From an uncultured Bacteroidota bacterium (GTDB taxonomy: Bacteria; Bacteroidota; Bacteroidia; 2-12-FULL-35-15): a stretch of DNA of 64,000 nt. The position numbers and the translations under genes were made by a program. Below are positions 37,810 to 47,269 of this stretch, in pieces. Location of the stretch: the NCBI GenBank assembly GCA_903847205.1, contig CAINDA010000061.1, forward strand, positions 2,543-66,542, read 5' to 3'. The notes beneath the pieces are model-generated. The model searched no databases and was not told where the DNA came from. It saw only the letters and a program-made list of their open reading frames with translations. Each line of letters opens with the position of its first letter. The stretch's first letter is position 1.

Positions 37810-40800
37810 TTGAATAAACAAGTACCAATGAGTCAATTTAAAGATTTTAAAACGAAAAAAAACAGCAGTTTCAAAGTAACCTTGTTTTGCATATTACTTA
37901 TTCAGCTTTTGGCGTTCACAGCCTCATTCGCACAAACAACTCCAGCAGCCGAAACAACCCCGGCAGCCCCGGCAACGCAGATAGTAAAGGGCAGTATTAA
38001 AGACAATGCCACGGGCGAAACCCTTATCGGCGCCAATGTATTATATGCCGAAGGCAAAGGAGTAATAACCGATATTGACGGCAACTTTGAACTTAAATTA
38101 CCTGACGGCGATTACACATTAACAATTTCTTATGTAGGTTATGCCCCAATAACTCAAAAAATAAAAGTTGCCGGAAAGCCCGTCACTGTTCCGTCTTTAA
38201 GCATGGCGTCCACTACGCTGACAACTGTGGAAGTTGTGGCGGATATTGCTAAAGAACGTGAAACCCCCGTTGCCGTGAGCAGCGTAAATGCTTTAAAATT
38301 AAAAGAAGAATTAGCAGGCAGGGATATCCCTATGGTACTTAACTCCACGCCAGGTGTATATGCAACCCAATCGGGCGGCGGTGCCGGCGATGCCCGGATT
38401 ACTATCAGGGGATTCAATCAGGCAAACATTGCCGTGCTGATTGACGGTATTCCTGTAAACGATATGGAAAACGGTGCGGTATATTGGAGCAACTGGAGCG
38501 GCTTAGGAGGCATTACCAGAAGCATACAGGTGCAGCGTGGTTTGGGAGCTTCCAAATTAGCTATAGGGTCGGTAGGCGGTACTATGAATACAATAACCAA
38601 AGGTATTGAAGATAAAGCCGGCATAAGTGTTCAGGAAGACATTGGCAGTTTTAATTCCAACAAACAAACCTTTTCATTTAATACAGGGCGTTTAAAACAC
38701 GGCTGGGGAGTAACCGGTGCCGTATCTAAAGAAAGCAGCGACGGCTATGCCGATGAAACATGGAGTAAAATTACCTCCTATTTCTTTAAAGTTGAAAAAC
38801 AACTGGGTAATCACATGCTGAGCTTCAACACCAGCGGTGCGCCTCAGAGTCATGGGCAGCGCTCATCTGCCATGCCGGTGCAGGTGTACGATAAAAAATT
38901 TGCCGCACAGCACGGAGGCGATACTGTTACTTATGCTGCATCATCCAGCCTTAACACGGTAGAAAGAGGTTTGAAATTTAACCAGGATTGGGGCTATGCC
39001 GGACTGGGCGTGGTAAACACCAAAGTAAACAAGTTCTATAAGCCTCTTTACAGCCTGCGGGATTTTTGGACAGTCAATGATAAACTGTATATCTCCACAG
39101 TTGCCTATGCGTCTTTCGGTACGGGAGGAGGGACAAGCAACGCCTTTACCACCAATTCTTTAGGGGATTTTGATAAAAACGGGCAGCAAAATTATACCTA
39201 CTCCTTTCAAAAAAACACCGGCTCTATACCCGGAACAACTGCCATAGATCAAACCTACAGCCCTACCCTGAATAAAAGCACCAATTATATTCAACTAGCG
39301 GAAAATAATCATAAATGGTTTGGTGTTTTATCCTCGGCCAACTATAAGATAAACAGTAATCTTACCTATACCGGGGGACTTGATTTGAGAACCTATACAG
39401 GATACCATGATTACAGGGTTTATAACCTTATCGGCGGAGATTATGTGGTGGATAGTAAAAACAAGAACATGCCCCAGTTAACATATACATTAAATCCGGA
39501 TGGAACCTACAGCTATCAAAATGCAAGCTACGTTATGAAGCAGGTGGGTGATAAAGTTGGAAGCACTTATTATACGGATTATGAGGGACATGTAAACTGG
39601 GCAGGAGTCTTCAATCAATTGGAATATAAAAAGGATAAATGGAGTGCTTTTATTACGGCTTCTTTTTCCGAAACAGGTTATATGCGTGTTGACAATGCAG
39701 CCAGGAAAGATTTACAATTAGACAACGGCAACAATTATTATCAGGCTCTTGGCTGGGGCGATACGGCCTATTATGACGCCTCAAAAAATAAATTAGTAAT
39801 TAATGCTTTCAATAAAACAGCAGGAACGCTTGCAAATACTCATTACACTAATGTGCATACTATCGGCGACACCACTTACATCGGTACTCAAAAATTATAT
39901 AAAGCGCAAACGTATACAGGCAGCTCTAAAGAAGCCAAAACATCAGCCAGTAAATGGAACTATTATTTGGGATATGTAATAAAAGGCGGAGCCAACTATA
40001 ATATAAATAAGATGATGAACGTGTACGCCAATTTTGGCACTATAAGTAAAGTACAGCCGTTCAATAATGTTTTCGGCGATTACAACAAACCCCTCGCAGA
40101 CGTTAAAAATCAGAACATTATGTCGGTTGAAGTAGGATATGGAGCAAGATACAAACTCTTCGCAGCCAATGTAAATACCTATTATACCAAATGGCTTAAT
40201 AAACCATTGGACTTTCCGGGTACTTTTTCTACATCCGATGCTTCTTATGCCTACAACATCAACGGTTTAACTGAAATTCATAAAGGCATTGAGGCAGATA
40301 TTGCTTATAATCCGCTCCCTAATCTTACCATCGAAGGCTTGGCATCCATTGCCGATTGGCGTTATGCTTCAGCCGATTCAGTAAAAGCTTATGATGCTAA
40401 TGGAAACAGGGCAGTAACCTTGTATTACAGCGCTATAGGGGTGCATGTGGGAAATGCCGCGCAATTGCAATACGGAGGAAGTGTGCGTTATACTATTTTT
40501 AAAAATTTCTGGGTAAAAGCCCAGTATGTTTACTTTGATAAAAATTATGCTGCATTCAACCCGGTAGGTACCGCTGGTCAGGCGCTCACCAATTCACAAC
40601 CGTCTGCCGATATATCGAAACTCATTCCTTTAACTAACCAGCAGGGTGCACTGATTGACAATAGAAACAGGGATTCATGGAGGATGCCCGGTTACGGCAT
40701 TTTAGATTTACATGCAGGATACAGCTTTAAGTTTCAAGGAGCTAACCTTACTTTGATGTTACATGTGCTGAATGCTTTAAATACTGTTTATATAGCGGAT

Positions 40801-40920
40801 GCTACAAATAATTATTATCCTTCAAGAGTTGGAGGCAACTATGATTTCAGTATTAATAATGCATCCGTATTTTTTGGCTTACCCCGGAGATACATGGCTT
40901 CTATAAGAGTAGATTTTTAA
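37810..40920 (+). CDS. TonB-dependent receptor with N-terminal carboxypeptidase-regulatory-like domain (likely ATG start 37828)
   Basis: GETLIGANV..TDIDGNF, plug ERETPVA...TPGVY...ITIRGFNQ.NIAVLIDGIPVND, QVQRGLGASKL, a barrel and a terminal F (PRRYMASIRVDF). Confidence 0.93.
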   Translation: MNKQVPMSQFKDFKTKKNSSFKVTLFCILLIQLLAFTASFAQTTPAAETTPAAPATQIVKGSIKDNATGETLIGANVLYAEGKGVITDIDGNFELKLPDGDYTLTISYVGYAPITQKIKVAGKPVTVPSLSMASTTLTTVEVVADIAKERETPVAVSSVNALKLKEELAGRDIPMVLNSTPGVYATQSGGGAGDARITIRGFNQANIAVLIDGIPVNDMENGAVYWSNWSGLGGITRSIQVQRGLGASKLAIGSVGGTMNTITKGIEDKAGISVQEDIGSFNSNKQTFSFNTGRLKHGWGVTGAVSKESSDGYADETWSKITSYFFKVEKQLGNHMLSFNTSGAPQSHGQRSSAMPVQVYDKKFAAQHGGDTVTYAASSSLNTVERGLKFNQDWGYAGLGVVNTKVNKFYKPLYSLRDFWTVNDKLYISTVAYASFGTGGGTSNAFTTNSLGDFDKNGQQNYTYSFQKNTGSIPGTTAIDQTYSPTLNKSTNYIQLAENNHKWFGVLSSANYKINSNLTYTGGLDLRTYTGYHDYRVYNLIGGDYVVDSKNKNMPQLTYTLNPDGTYSYQNASYVMKQVGDKVGSTYYTDYEGHVNWAGVFNQLEYKKDKWSAFITASFSETGYMRVDNAARKDLQLDNGNNYYQALGWGDTAYYDASKNKLVINAFNKTAGTLANTHYTNVHTIGDTTYIGTQKLYKAQTYTGSSKEAKTSASKWNYYLGYVIKGGANYNINKMMNVYANFGTISKVQPFNNVFGDYNKPLADVKNQNIMSVEVGYGARYKLFAANVNTYYTKWLNKPLDFPGTFSTSDASYAYNINGLTEIHKGIEADIAYNPLPNLTIEGLASIADWRYASADSVKAYDANGNRAVTLYYSAIGVHVGNAAQLQYGGSVRYTIFKNFWVKAQYVYFDKNYAAFNPVGTAGQALTNSQPSADISKLIPLTNQQGALIDNRNRDSWRMPGYGILDLHAGYSFKFQGANLTLMLHVLNALNTVYIADATNNYYPSRVGGNYDFSINNASVFFGLPRRYMASIRVDF

Positions 40921-41123
40921 TCCAAGAATAATCAGGAATAAATATAATATTCCAATATTAAACAACTTATTTTCGGGTTAAGGAAAACGTTCAAATTAAA
41001 CGGCCTCGAATTAAGCTGACGAGGTATTAAACAAAAGCTGACACTGAAATTATAAAACAGCAAAGTGTTTTATAAAAAAGGAATAGGATTACGAACCGCT
41101 TTTATCAGGGACAAATATATACA

Positions 41124-42356
41124 TTGAAAACAAAATTACTCTTAGCAGCATCCCTGACTTTCAATCTTTGCCTTGAAACGCATAGTTCTTTCGCTCAATT
41201 CAGTTTTGTTCATATTTCCGACCTCCACGTTTCCAGTGTTGCTTCTTCAGTAAATGCATGTGACCTTCATGGTTTAAAGGCCCAGTGTTATTTGAAAGAA
41301 TTTGCTCAGATCAATCCTAAACCGGCTTTTGTGCTTGCCACAGGAGATATTTCAAATGTAGGAAACAGCAATCCTGGGATGTATAATGTGCTTACTCAGT
41401 TTTTATTCCCGTCAGCTGTTGTCAATCCAAGTCCTGGCGCTTATTTTATTGATTCGGCGCAGACGGTGCCAATTTATTTTACACCCGGCAACCATGATTA
41501 TTATACCACACTTTATCCTCCGGGCAGCCTCACTCAGTTAAATCATGTAAGCAATTATGCCCAATACATTGCACCAGATACTGATTATGCGGTTACAACA
41601 AACATCTCTGTTATTTTATTTGTGCGGTCGGGATACGATATACCTTATTGGAGTCAGCCAGACCCAATAACTCCTGCAGGAGCAGGGATTACGAATGCAC
41701 AATGCAGCTGGATCAGAAATCAGCTGAGCCAGAACAGCAGCAAAAGAAAGATTATTGTAATGCATCATCCCGCAGTAAACATTGCCGGTACAAACTGTGA
41801 TGGAACAGCTTATACAACCGAAACTATTTTAAGCCCTTCCGCGGGCACCTGGCTGGCTAATAGAACTGCATTTCTTAATATCTGCGATTCAAACCAGGTA
41901 GATGTGGTTCTGGCAGGGCATCAGCACCAAAACGTAGTTGCCGACAGGGCAGGAAATGTGATTAATGAAAATTGTACCACCTGCGGCACCCGCTATGTTC
42001 AAACGGGTGCGGCATTTAATGGCTGCTTCCGGGTTATTACTGTTGACTCATCATTTATTAATGTAAGTTCTCCATTACAAAGCTGTGCAGCCGTGGCAGG
42101 AGTGGACGAATTGAGCAATTCATTGAACATTACTGTTTTCCCAAATCCGTCCGGCGGAGAATTGAATTTAACTATGAGTCAATCGGGAAGCGTGCCCATG
42201 AAAATTTACAATGTACTTGGAGAATGCATTCAACAGAATACTGTTACAGCTTCAAACTTTAGAATTGATTTAAGTTCTCAGCCGAACGGGGTTTATTTTA
42301 TGCACCTGCAAACTGAATACGGCAGAGTTATTAAAAAAATATTCATTAATAAGTGA
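41124..42356 (+). CDS. T9SS-secreted calcineurin-like metallophosphoesterase
   Basis: HISDLH, ATGDI, PGNHD, MHHP and LAGHQH motifs; CTD VFPNPS...NGVYF. Confidence 0.9.
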   Translation: MKTKLLLAASLTFNLCLETHSSFAQFSFVHISDLHVSSVASSVNACDLHGLKAQCYLKEFAQINPKPAFVLATGDISNVGNSNPGMYNVLTQFLFPSAVVNPSPGAYFIDSAQTVPIYFTPGNHDYYTTLYPPGSLTQLNHVSNYAQYIAPDTDYAVTTNISVILFVRSGYDIPYWSQPDPITPAGAGITNAQCSWIRNQLSQNSSKRKIIVMHHPAVNIAGTNCDGTAYTTETILSPSAGTWLANRTAFLNICDSNQVDVVLAGHQHQNVVADRAGNVINENCTTCGTRYVQTGAAFNGCFRVITVDSSFINVSSPLQSCAAVAGVDELSNSLNITVFPNPSGGELNLTMSQSGSVPMKIYNVLGECIQQNTVTASNFRIDLSSQPNGVYFMHLQTEYGRVIKKIFINK

Positions 42357-42484
42357 CCTGTTTATTTTTAGATAATCAGCCGGGGCGCAAACATAGTTGA
42401 CGGATATTAAAAATTAAAGAATACATTAGATTTAATAAATAATAAGCAATAGTAAAAACCAATAGTAAACAACAAATAAAACAA

Positions 42485-44740
42485 ATGAAAACCAAATTAC
42501 TTACACTAACGGCAGCAGCATGTTTTGCGATTCAGCTGAATGCCCAAACAATCGCAACGGAAAGGGCTGCAGCAGTAGGCAGTACAGTAACAATTAAAGG
42601 CATTGTGCTCAACGGCTCTGAATTAGGAAATATAAGATATGTGCAGGATGCTACAGGAGGTATTTCTCTTTATGGCACCAATATGTCAACTGTTAACAGA
42701 GGCGACTCCGTTAATTCAGTTGGAACCCTTACCAGTTATAGTAATTTGTTGGAAGTTTCTCCGGTTACTACTGTAGGTGTTATATCATCCGCACACGCAC
42801 TTCCTACACCTGCACTCATCACTCCAAATCAAATGGGCGAAACTTATGAAGGGGAGTTGATAAAGCTTAACGGCTGTACTTTTGCTTTGGGCGGAGGTAC
42901 TTTCACCGCTAATACTTCTTATACCTTCACCAGCGGAGGTCAGACAGGAACAGTGTTTGTTTCAAACACTAACCTTTTGATTGCCGGAACAATCATTCCG
43001 AGCACTCCGGTTAATTTAGTCGGAATTATGTCTCAGCACTGCACAACCCCTGCAACAGGCTGTACAACAGGTTACCAAATGCTGTTAAGAGACCCTAATG
43101 ATATCCTTAATACTGCTTCTATATATTTAACTGCTCAGCCTTCGCCGGCAAATATTGCAGCAACAAGCATTGACATTAACTGGACTACAAACATTGCCGG
43201 TTCAGGAATTTCGTATATTAAATACGGTAAAACACCGGCTTTAGAATTAGGTACTCTTACAGCTACCAATTCAACAGTTAACCACACTGCTACTATTACA
43301 GGTGCAACTGCAGCAACTATTTATTATGCACGTGTATATTCAATTAACCTGCCTGATACTGCAAGTTCTGCTGTAAAAGTATTTTGTACTAAATCTAACT
43401 CAACAGGTACTATTAAAGCCTTTTTCGACCGCAGTGTTAATCTTGCTGTTTCAAGCGGACCCAGCAATAACGCTTCATACTTAAGCAACGGCACTATTGC
43501 AGATACTATTGCTGCATATATTAACCGCGCTCATGCAACATTAGATATTGCAATTTATGACTGGGACAATGCAACAGGAGGGGCTAAAATAACTACGGCA
43601 GTAAATGCTGCAGCCACCAGAGGCGTTAAAGTAAGAGTTGTTTATGACGGATCTACAACACAATCTGGCTCAGCGGGATTAATTGCAGCGGTTAAAAAAG
43701 TAGCAAGTCCGCAGGGGGTAAGCTACACCATTATGCATAATAAATTTATTATTATTGATGCGAATTCATCCAACCCTAATCTTCCTTTCGTTTGGACAGG
43801 TTCAACTAACTGGACAAGCAGCCAATTAGCAACTGATGCCAACAACGCAATTGTTTTTCAGGATCAAAGTATGGCACGCGGATATAAATTAGAATTTGAC
43901 GAAATGTGGGGAGATACCAGCCAGACATCAAGTGCTAATACTACACTTGGTAAATTCGGGCAGTTTAAAGCAGATAATACTCCTCATGAGTATATGGTAG
44001 GTTCAAAGAGAGTTGAATCATATTTCAGCCCTTCTGACGGAACTACAACACATATAATCGCAACTATCGGAACAGCTAATTCTGATTTTGAATTTGGTTC
44101 GATGTTAATTACCCGCTCTGATATTGCAAACAAAATTGCAAGCCAGACAACAACAATCGGCGTTGGTAATTCAAAAGGAATTGTAGATGACACAGCTGCT
44201 GCAAGTTCACAATGGTATATTATGCATAATGTGATGGCTGCCAATGTTATAATAAGCCAATTTTCCTGGATATTCCATCATAAATACCTAATTGTAGATC
44301 AGTCTAACACAGCTTCTGACCCAACAGTATTAACAGGTTCTCATAACTGGTCAACTGCAGGTGAAACTAAAAATGACGAGAACACCGTTATTGTTCATGA
44401 TGCAGCCATTGCGAATCAGTATTACCAGGAGTTTTCTCAGCGCTGGATTGATGAAACCACTACCGGAATTAATACTTATAATTACGAAAATTTGAATGCA
44501 GTAATTTATCCTAACCCAAACAATGGTTCGTTTATGTTAAATTATACTGCTAAACAAAATGAAAAAGTAAGTGTAAAATTATATGACCTTATCGGCCATT
44601 TAGTTTATGATAATGAATTAAAAGTAAACAGCGGTTTTAACCCGATTGAAATGAATATACCAAACCTGAATAAAGGAATCTATTTATTCGAAATGGTAAC
44701 AGAAAACGGAAGACAGACAAATAAGCTGGTGATTCAATAA
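42485..44740 (+). CDS. T9SS-secreted phospholipase D/nuclease superfamily protein (OB-fold N-terminus, FN3-like domain, two HKD motifs)
   Basis: YVQDATGGISLY..RGDSV (OB-fold), YEGELIKL, FN3 WTTN..YG, MHNKFIIID...WTGSTNWT and HHKYLIVD...TGSHNWS; CTD IYPNPNNG. Confidence 0.9.
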   Translation: MKTKLLTLTAAACFAIQLNAQTIATERAAAVGSTVTIKGIVLNGSELGNIRYVQDATGGISLYGTNMSTVNRGDSVNSVGTLTSYSNLLEVSPVTTVGVISSAHALPTPALITPNQMGETYEGELIKLNGCTFALGGGTFTANTSYTFTSGGQTGTVFVSNTNLLIAGTIIPSTPVNLVGIMSQHCTTPATGCTTGYQMLLRDPNDILNTASIYLTAQPSPANIAATSIDINWTTNIAGSGISYIKYGKTPALELGTLTATNSTVNHTATITGATAATIYYARVYSINLPDTASSAVKVFCTKSNSTGTIKAFFDRSVNLAVSSGPSNNASYLSNGTIADTIAAYINRAHATLDIAIYDWDNATGGAKITTAVNAAATRGVKVRVVYDGSTTQSGSAGLIAAVKKVASPQGVSYTIMHNKFIIIDANSSNPNLPFVWTGSTNWTSSQLATDANNAIVFQDQSMARGYKLEFDEMWGDTSQTSSANTTLGKFGQFKADNTPHEYMVGSKRVESYFSPSDGTTTHIIATIGTANSDFEFGSMLITRSDIANKIASQTTTIGVGNSKGIVDDTAAASSQWYIMHNVMAANVIISQFSWIFHHKYLIVDQSNTASDPTVLTGSHNWSTAGETKNDENTVIVHDAAIANQYYQEFSQRWIDETTTGINTYNYENLNAVIYPNPNNGSFMLNYTAKQNEKVSVKLYDLIGHLVYDNELKVNSGFNPIEMNIPNLNKGIYLFEMVTENGRQTNKLVIQ

Positions 44741-44758
44741 TAAAACAGCATCATTGCT

Positions 44759-44796
44759 AAAAAGCCGGCAGTCCTGAAGGACGGCCGGCTTTTTTT
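44759..44796. terminator. Bidirectional intrinsic terminator
   Basis: aaaaagccggcagtcc-tgaa-ggacggccggcttttt between convergent genes. Confidence 0.85.
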
Positions 44797-45751
44797 ATTT
44801 TGTTTCATCTCTTAATGAAAGCGGTGTTTTTCCATCGGTTATAATAACCTTGGTATTCGGCGAGGCCGACAGCGCTTTTAATGCATCAATTGATTTGTAT
44901 TGTATCAGCAGAGGTGTAAGTGAGGGGGCAATAAGTTCCTGCGCCTTTTTAGCGGCTTCCGCTTCCATGATTATCCGCTCCGATTCCTTTTTTTGTTTTT
45001 CTATTGCAAAATCAACCTGCATGCGCTCCTGCTCAATGGCTGCCGATTTTGACCGCTTTTCTTTTTCAAAGTTAAATTCCATTTCCAGTCTCTGTTTTTC
45101 TATTGATGCCTGTGTTTTTATTTTCTCAATCTGATTATCTACCTCCTGCTGTTTAGCTTCCTGCTCTAGGAACACTTTCTTTTCAATGGCGCGGTCAATG
45201 GTATCGGGCACATCAATATCGCGCACCAATACTTGGTCCATCACAAAACCGTAACGCCCAATATCGGTATTCATATTATCGAAAATGGCTTTCTCCAATG
45301 AATCGCGCTGCACCATCAAATCCATGGCCTTATAGTTTAAACAGGTTTCCCTGGCTGTCGCTTCAAAGTTGTTTTTTACGATGGCGTTCTCATAATTTAA
45401 GCCCAGGGTTTGATAAATATCATGTATTGCATCGGGTTTGATGTGATAAAGAAGAGTAATGTCTGCTTTAGCCTCCAAACCTTCCTTTGTGGGCAGAGTC
45501 ATTTTTATAGAAAGCTCTTTGATACGGATATTAAACTTAACATAGTGCATTCCTATGCCTGAATAGTGCCAGCCTTGAGCATAAACCCCGGATTTCAGTT
45601 TTCCGTGAACAACCTTTAGTCCAAGTTCACCCGGCCGGATGGTGGAGCAGCTCTCAATCGTAAGTAATGGGATAGTGAATGCAAAAAAGATTAGTACTGC
45701 TCCGGCAGAATCTTTGATTCTTTTTCGGATAAAGGGTAACGCTGTTTCCAT
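44795..45751 (-). CDS. SPFH/prohibitin family protein (start placed at METALPF; the ORF track extends to 45811)
   Basis: TIRPGELGL, LPTKEGL, VLVRDIDVP..IDRAIEKK, a coiled coil and SPNTKVII. Confidence 0.88.
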   Translation of the reverse strand: METALPFIRKRIKDSAGAVLIFFAFTIPLLTIESCSTIRPGELGLKVVHGKLKSGVYAQGWHYSGIGMHYVKFNIRIKELSIKMTLPTKEGLEAKADITLLYHIKPDAIHDIYQTLGLNYENAIVKNNFEATARETCLNYKAMDLMVQRDSLEKAIFDNMNTDIGRYGFVMDQVLVRDIDVPDTIDRAIEKKVFLEQEAKQQEVDNQIEKIKTQASIEKQRLEMEFNFEKEKRSKSAAIEQERMQVDFAIEKQKKESERIIMEAEAAKKAQELIAPSLTPLLIQYKSIDALKALSASPNTKVIITDGKTPLSLRDETK

Positions 45752-45794
45752 GGTTTTTAAGAATTTAAGGAAGATGAAATTAATTGTATTAAAA

Positions 45795-46214
45795 TCATCC
45801 CTCTTAATCAAAAAACCGGAGGGAGAATTTTATAAACTGATACCATCAATCCCTAAGCCGTTGTTCTTAAATAAAAAAAGCTTAACAAATATTAACGCTT
45901 TAATTGGTTTTATAATGCATCCAAATGGTTTTGGAAAGTTTCCGGATGGTTTTTTTATAAAACCATTTGGCCGAATTCATAAACCAGCGGGCACAGCTGT
46001 TTTATCAACTGTTTTTATAATAAAGCCATTTGGTTTTATTATAGATACGGCTGTATTTATAATAAATCCGATTGGTTTAAAAGCAGAGCCGGTTGTTTTT
46101 ATTTAATATCCGATTGGTTAAATAATAAATCCCGTTGTTTTTATTTAGAATCCAAATGGTTTTATAAAGAAACCATCAGGCATTATATTAAAACCAATCA
46201 TTCGCAGGGCTTTG
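45795..46214. repeat. Degenerate 21-bp-period tandem array of palindromic units (consensus CCRWTTGGTTTTATAATAAAW), about 20 units, core 45900-46214
   Basis: In-phase units at 45921, 45942, 45963 ... 46194, e.g. ccaaatggttttataaagaaa, ccatttggttttattatagat, ccgattggttaaataataaat. Weaker in-phase units at 45816 and 45858. Confidence 0.9.
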
Positions 46215-46215
46215 G

Positions 46216-46536
46216 TGTTCAAAAAAGCTTCCGTGTTGATCAGTTATGAGTTTTTGAGGATCATTTTTGAATGAATGATAATCCTCTTACTGATTCTGCT
46301 TTTCAGAATCAGTGGGATGATTAACGGGCTTATTAAATTTTCGGCACAAAGTATGTTTATGTTCATTGAATTCAAGAATTGATTCATCAGCAAAACAATA
46401 AAAAGAAACATTATTTGTTTTCCTATAAGCATCGGCTATTAGCGGCGCATAAAAAATTCAAGGGACATGATAATAAACCTACACAGTATAAAAACAATAA
46501 ATAATTTATTAATCAGCAGCGGATAGTTTTTGTTCA
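46216..46536. repeat. Highly degenerate second 21-bp-period tract (TNATCA-like motif in phase)
   Basis: tgttca 46216, tgatca 46237, ggatca 46258, taatcc 46279, ttttca 46300, tcatca 46384, taagca 46426, tgataa 46468, taatca 46510 and tgttca 46531, all at multiples of 21. Confidence 0.55.
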
Positions 46537-46594
46537 AAGGTGTATCCGGAATAGTTTAGATTAAAACATTTTCGCTGCGCTAAAAACAAAAGCT

Positions 46595-47218
46595 ATGAAA
46601 AATTTAATTAAAACACGGTTCAGTCATTATTCTGCTGTTAAATTATGGGCATTGAACGACAAGGTTATTAAGTGCATGACAGATAACCCTGATTTTGCTG
46701 GTTGCCAGGACGCCCTTATTCCTCTTAAAAAGGCAGGGGGTGAATTAAGTGGTGCCATTTCAGATGCAAAAGGCGGAGGAACCAAGGAAACGGAGATTCT
46801 GAAAAATAAAAAAGCAGCGATTATTCCGCTTCTTGATAAACTTGCATCTGATGTTGAATTCATCTGCAAAGGAGACCGGGGGAAAGCTATTGGTTCGGGC
46901 TTCGATATGACAAAAGAAAAGGCCGAAAAAAAGGGAAAAACCGAAAAGGTACTAGGTGTGGAAGCCGAGGCGAATAGAACATCGGGCATTATTGATGTAA
47001 GCTGGGCCGAGGATAAAAACAGGGTAATGTATCTTATCGAAAAGGCTGTTGTTATTGAAGGTGCCATTCCTCAATTTGTTACAGCCGGCTTCACCACCTG
47101 CATTAAATTCAAAGTAAAGGGGCTTACCCCCGGTTTGATTTATCAATTCAGAATAATTTCAATTAACAATCTTGGATTAAGTGATCCCAGCGATATTGCA
47201 ACAGCAATGAGTTTGTAA
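46595..47218 (+). CDS. Cytoplasmic protein with N-terminal helical domain and C-terminal fibronectin type III domain
   Basis: No signal peptide. Helical region MTDNPDF...LDKLASDVE...SGF; FN3 IDVSW...YLIE...VKGLTPGLIYQFRIISIN..G.SDPSD. Confidence 0.8.
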   Translation: MKNLIKTRFSHYSAVKLWALNDKVIKCMTDNPDFAGCQDALIPLKKAGGELSGAISDAKGGGTKETEILKNKKAAIIPLLDKLASDVEFICKGDRGKAIGSGFDMTKEKAEKKGKTEKVLGVEAEANRTSGIIDVSWAEDKNRVMYLIEKAVVIEGAIPQFVTAGFTTCIKFKVKGLTPGLIYQFRIISINNLGLSDPSDIATAMSL

Positions 47219-47269
47219 AACTATTCCAATAATTATACAAGAGTGATTTTTTCAGCCGAATAATTTACT

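Noticed and set aside
36150-37810. Cobalamin or other riboswitch upstream of the LTD/TBDR genes
   Set aside because: I could not find B12-box or other riboswitch consensus motifs by eye. An Rfam scan would be decisive.
45639-46432. ORFs 45639..46106 (+) and 46244..46432 (-) as genes
   Set aside because: The first overlaps the SPFH gene antisense and stops mid-array while the repeat continues through further stops. The second is a short AT-rich frame within the periodic tract.
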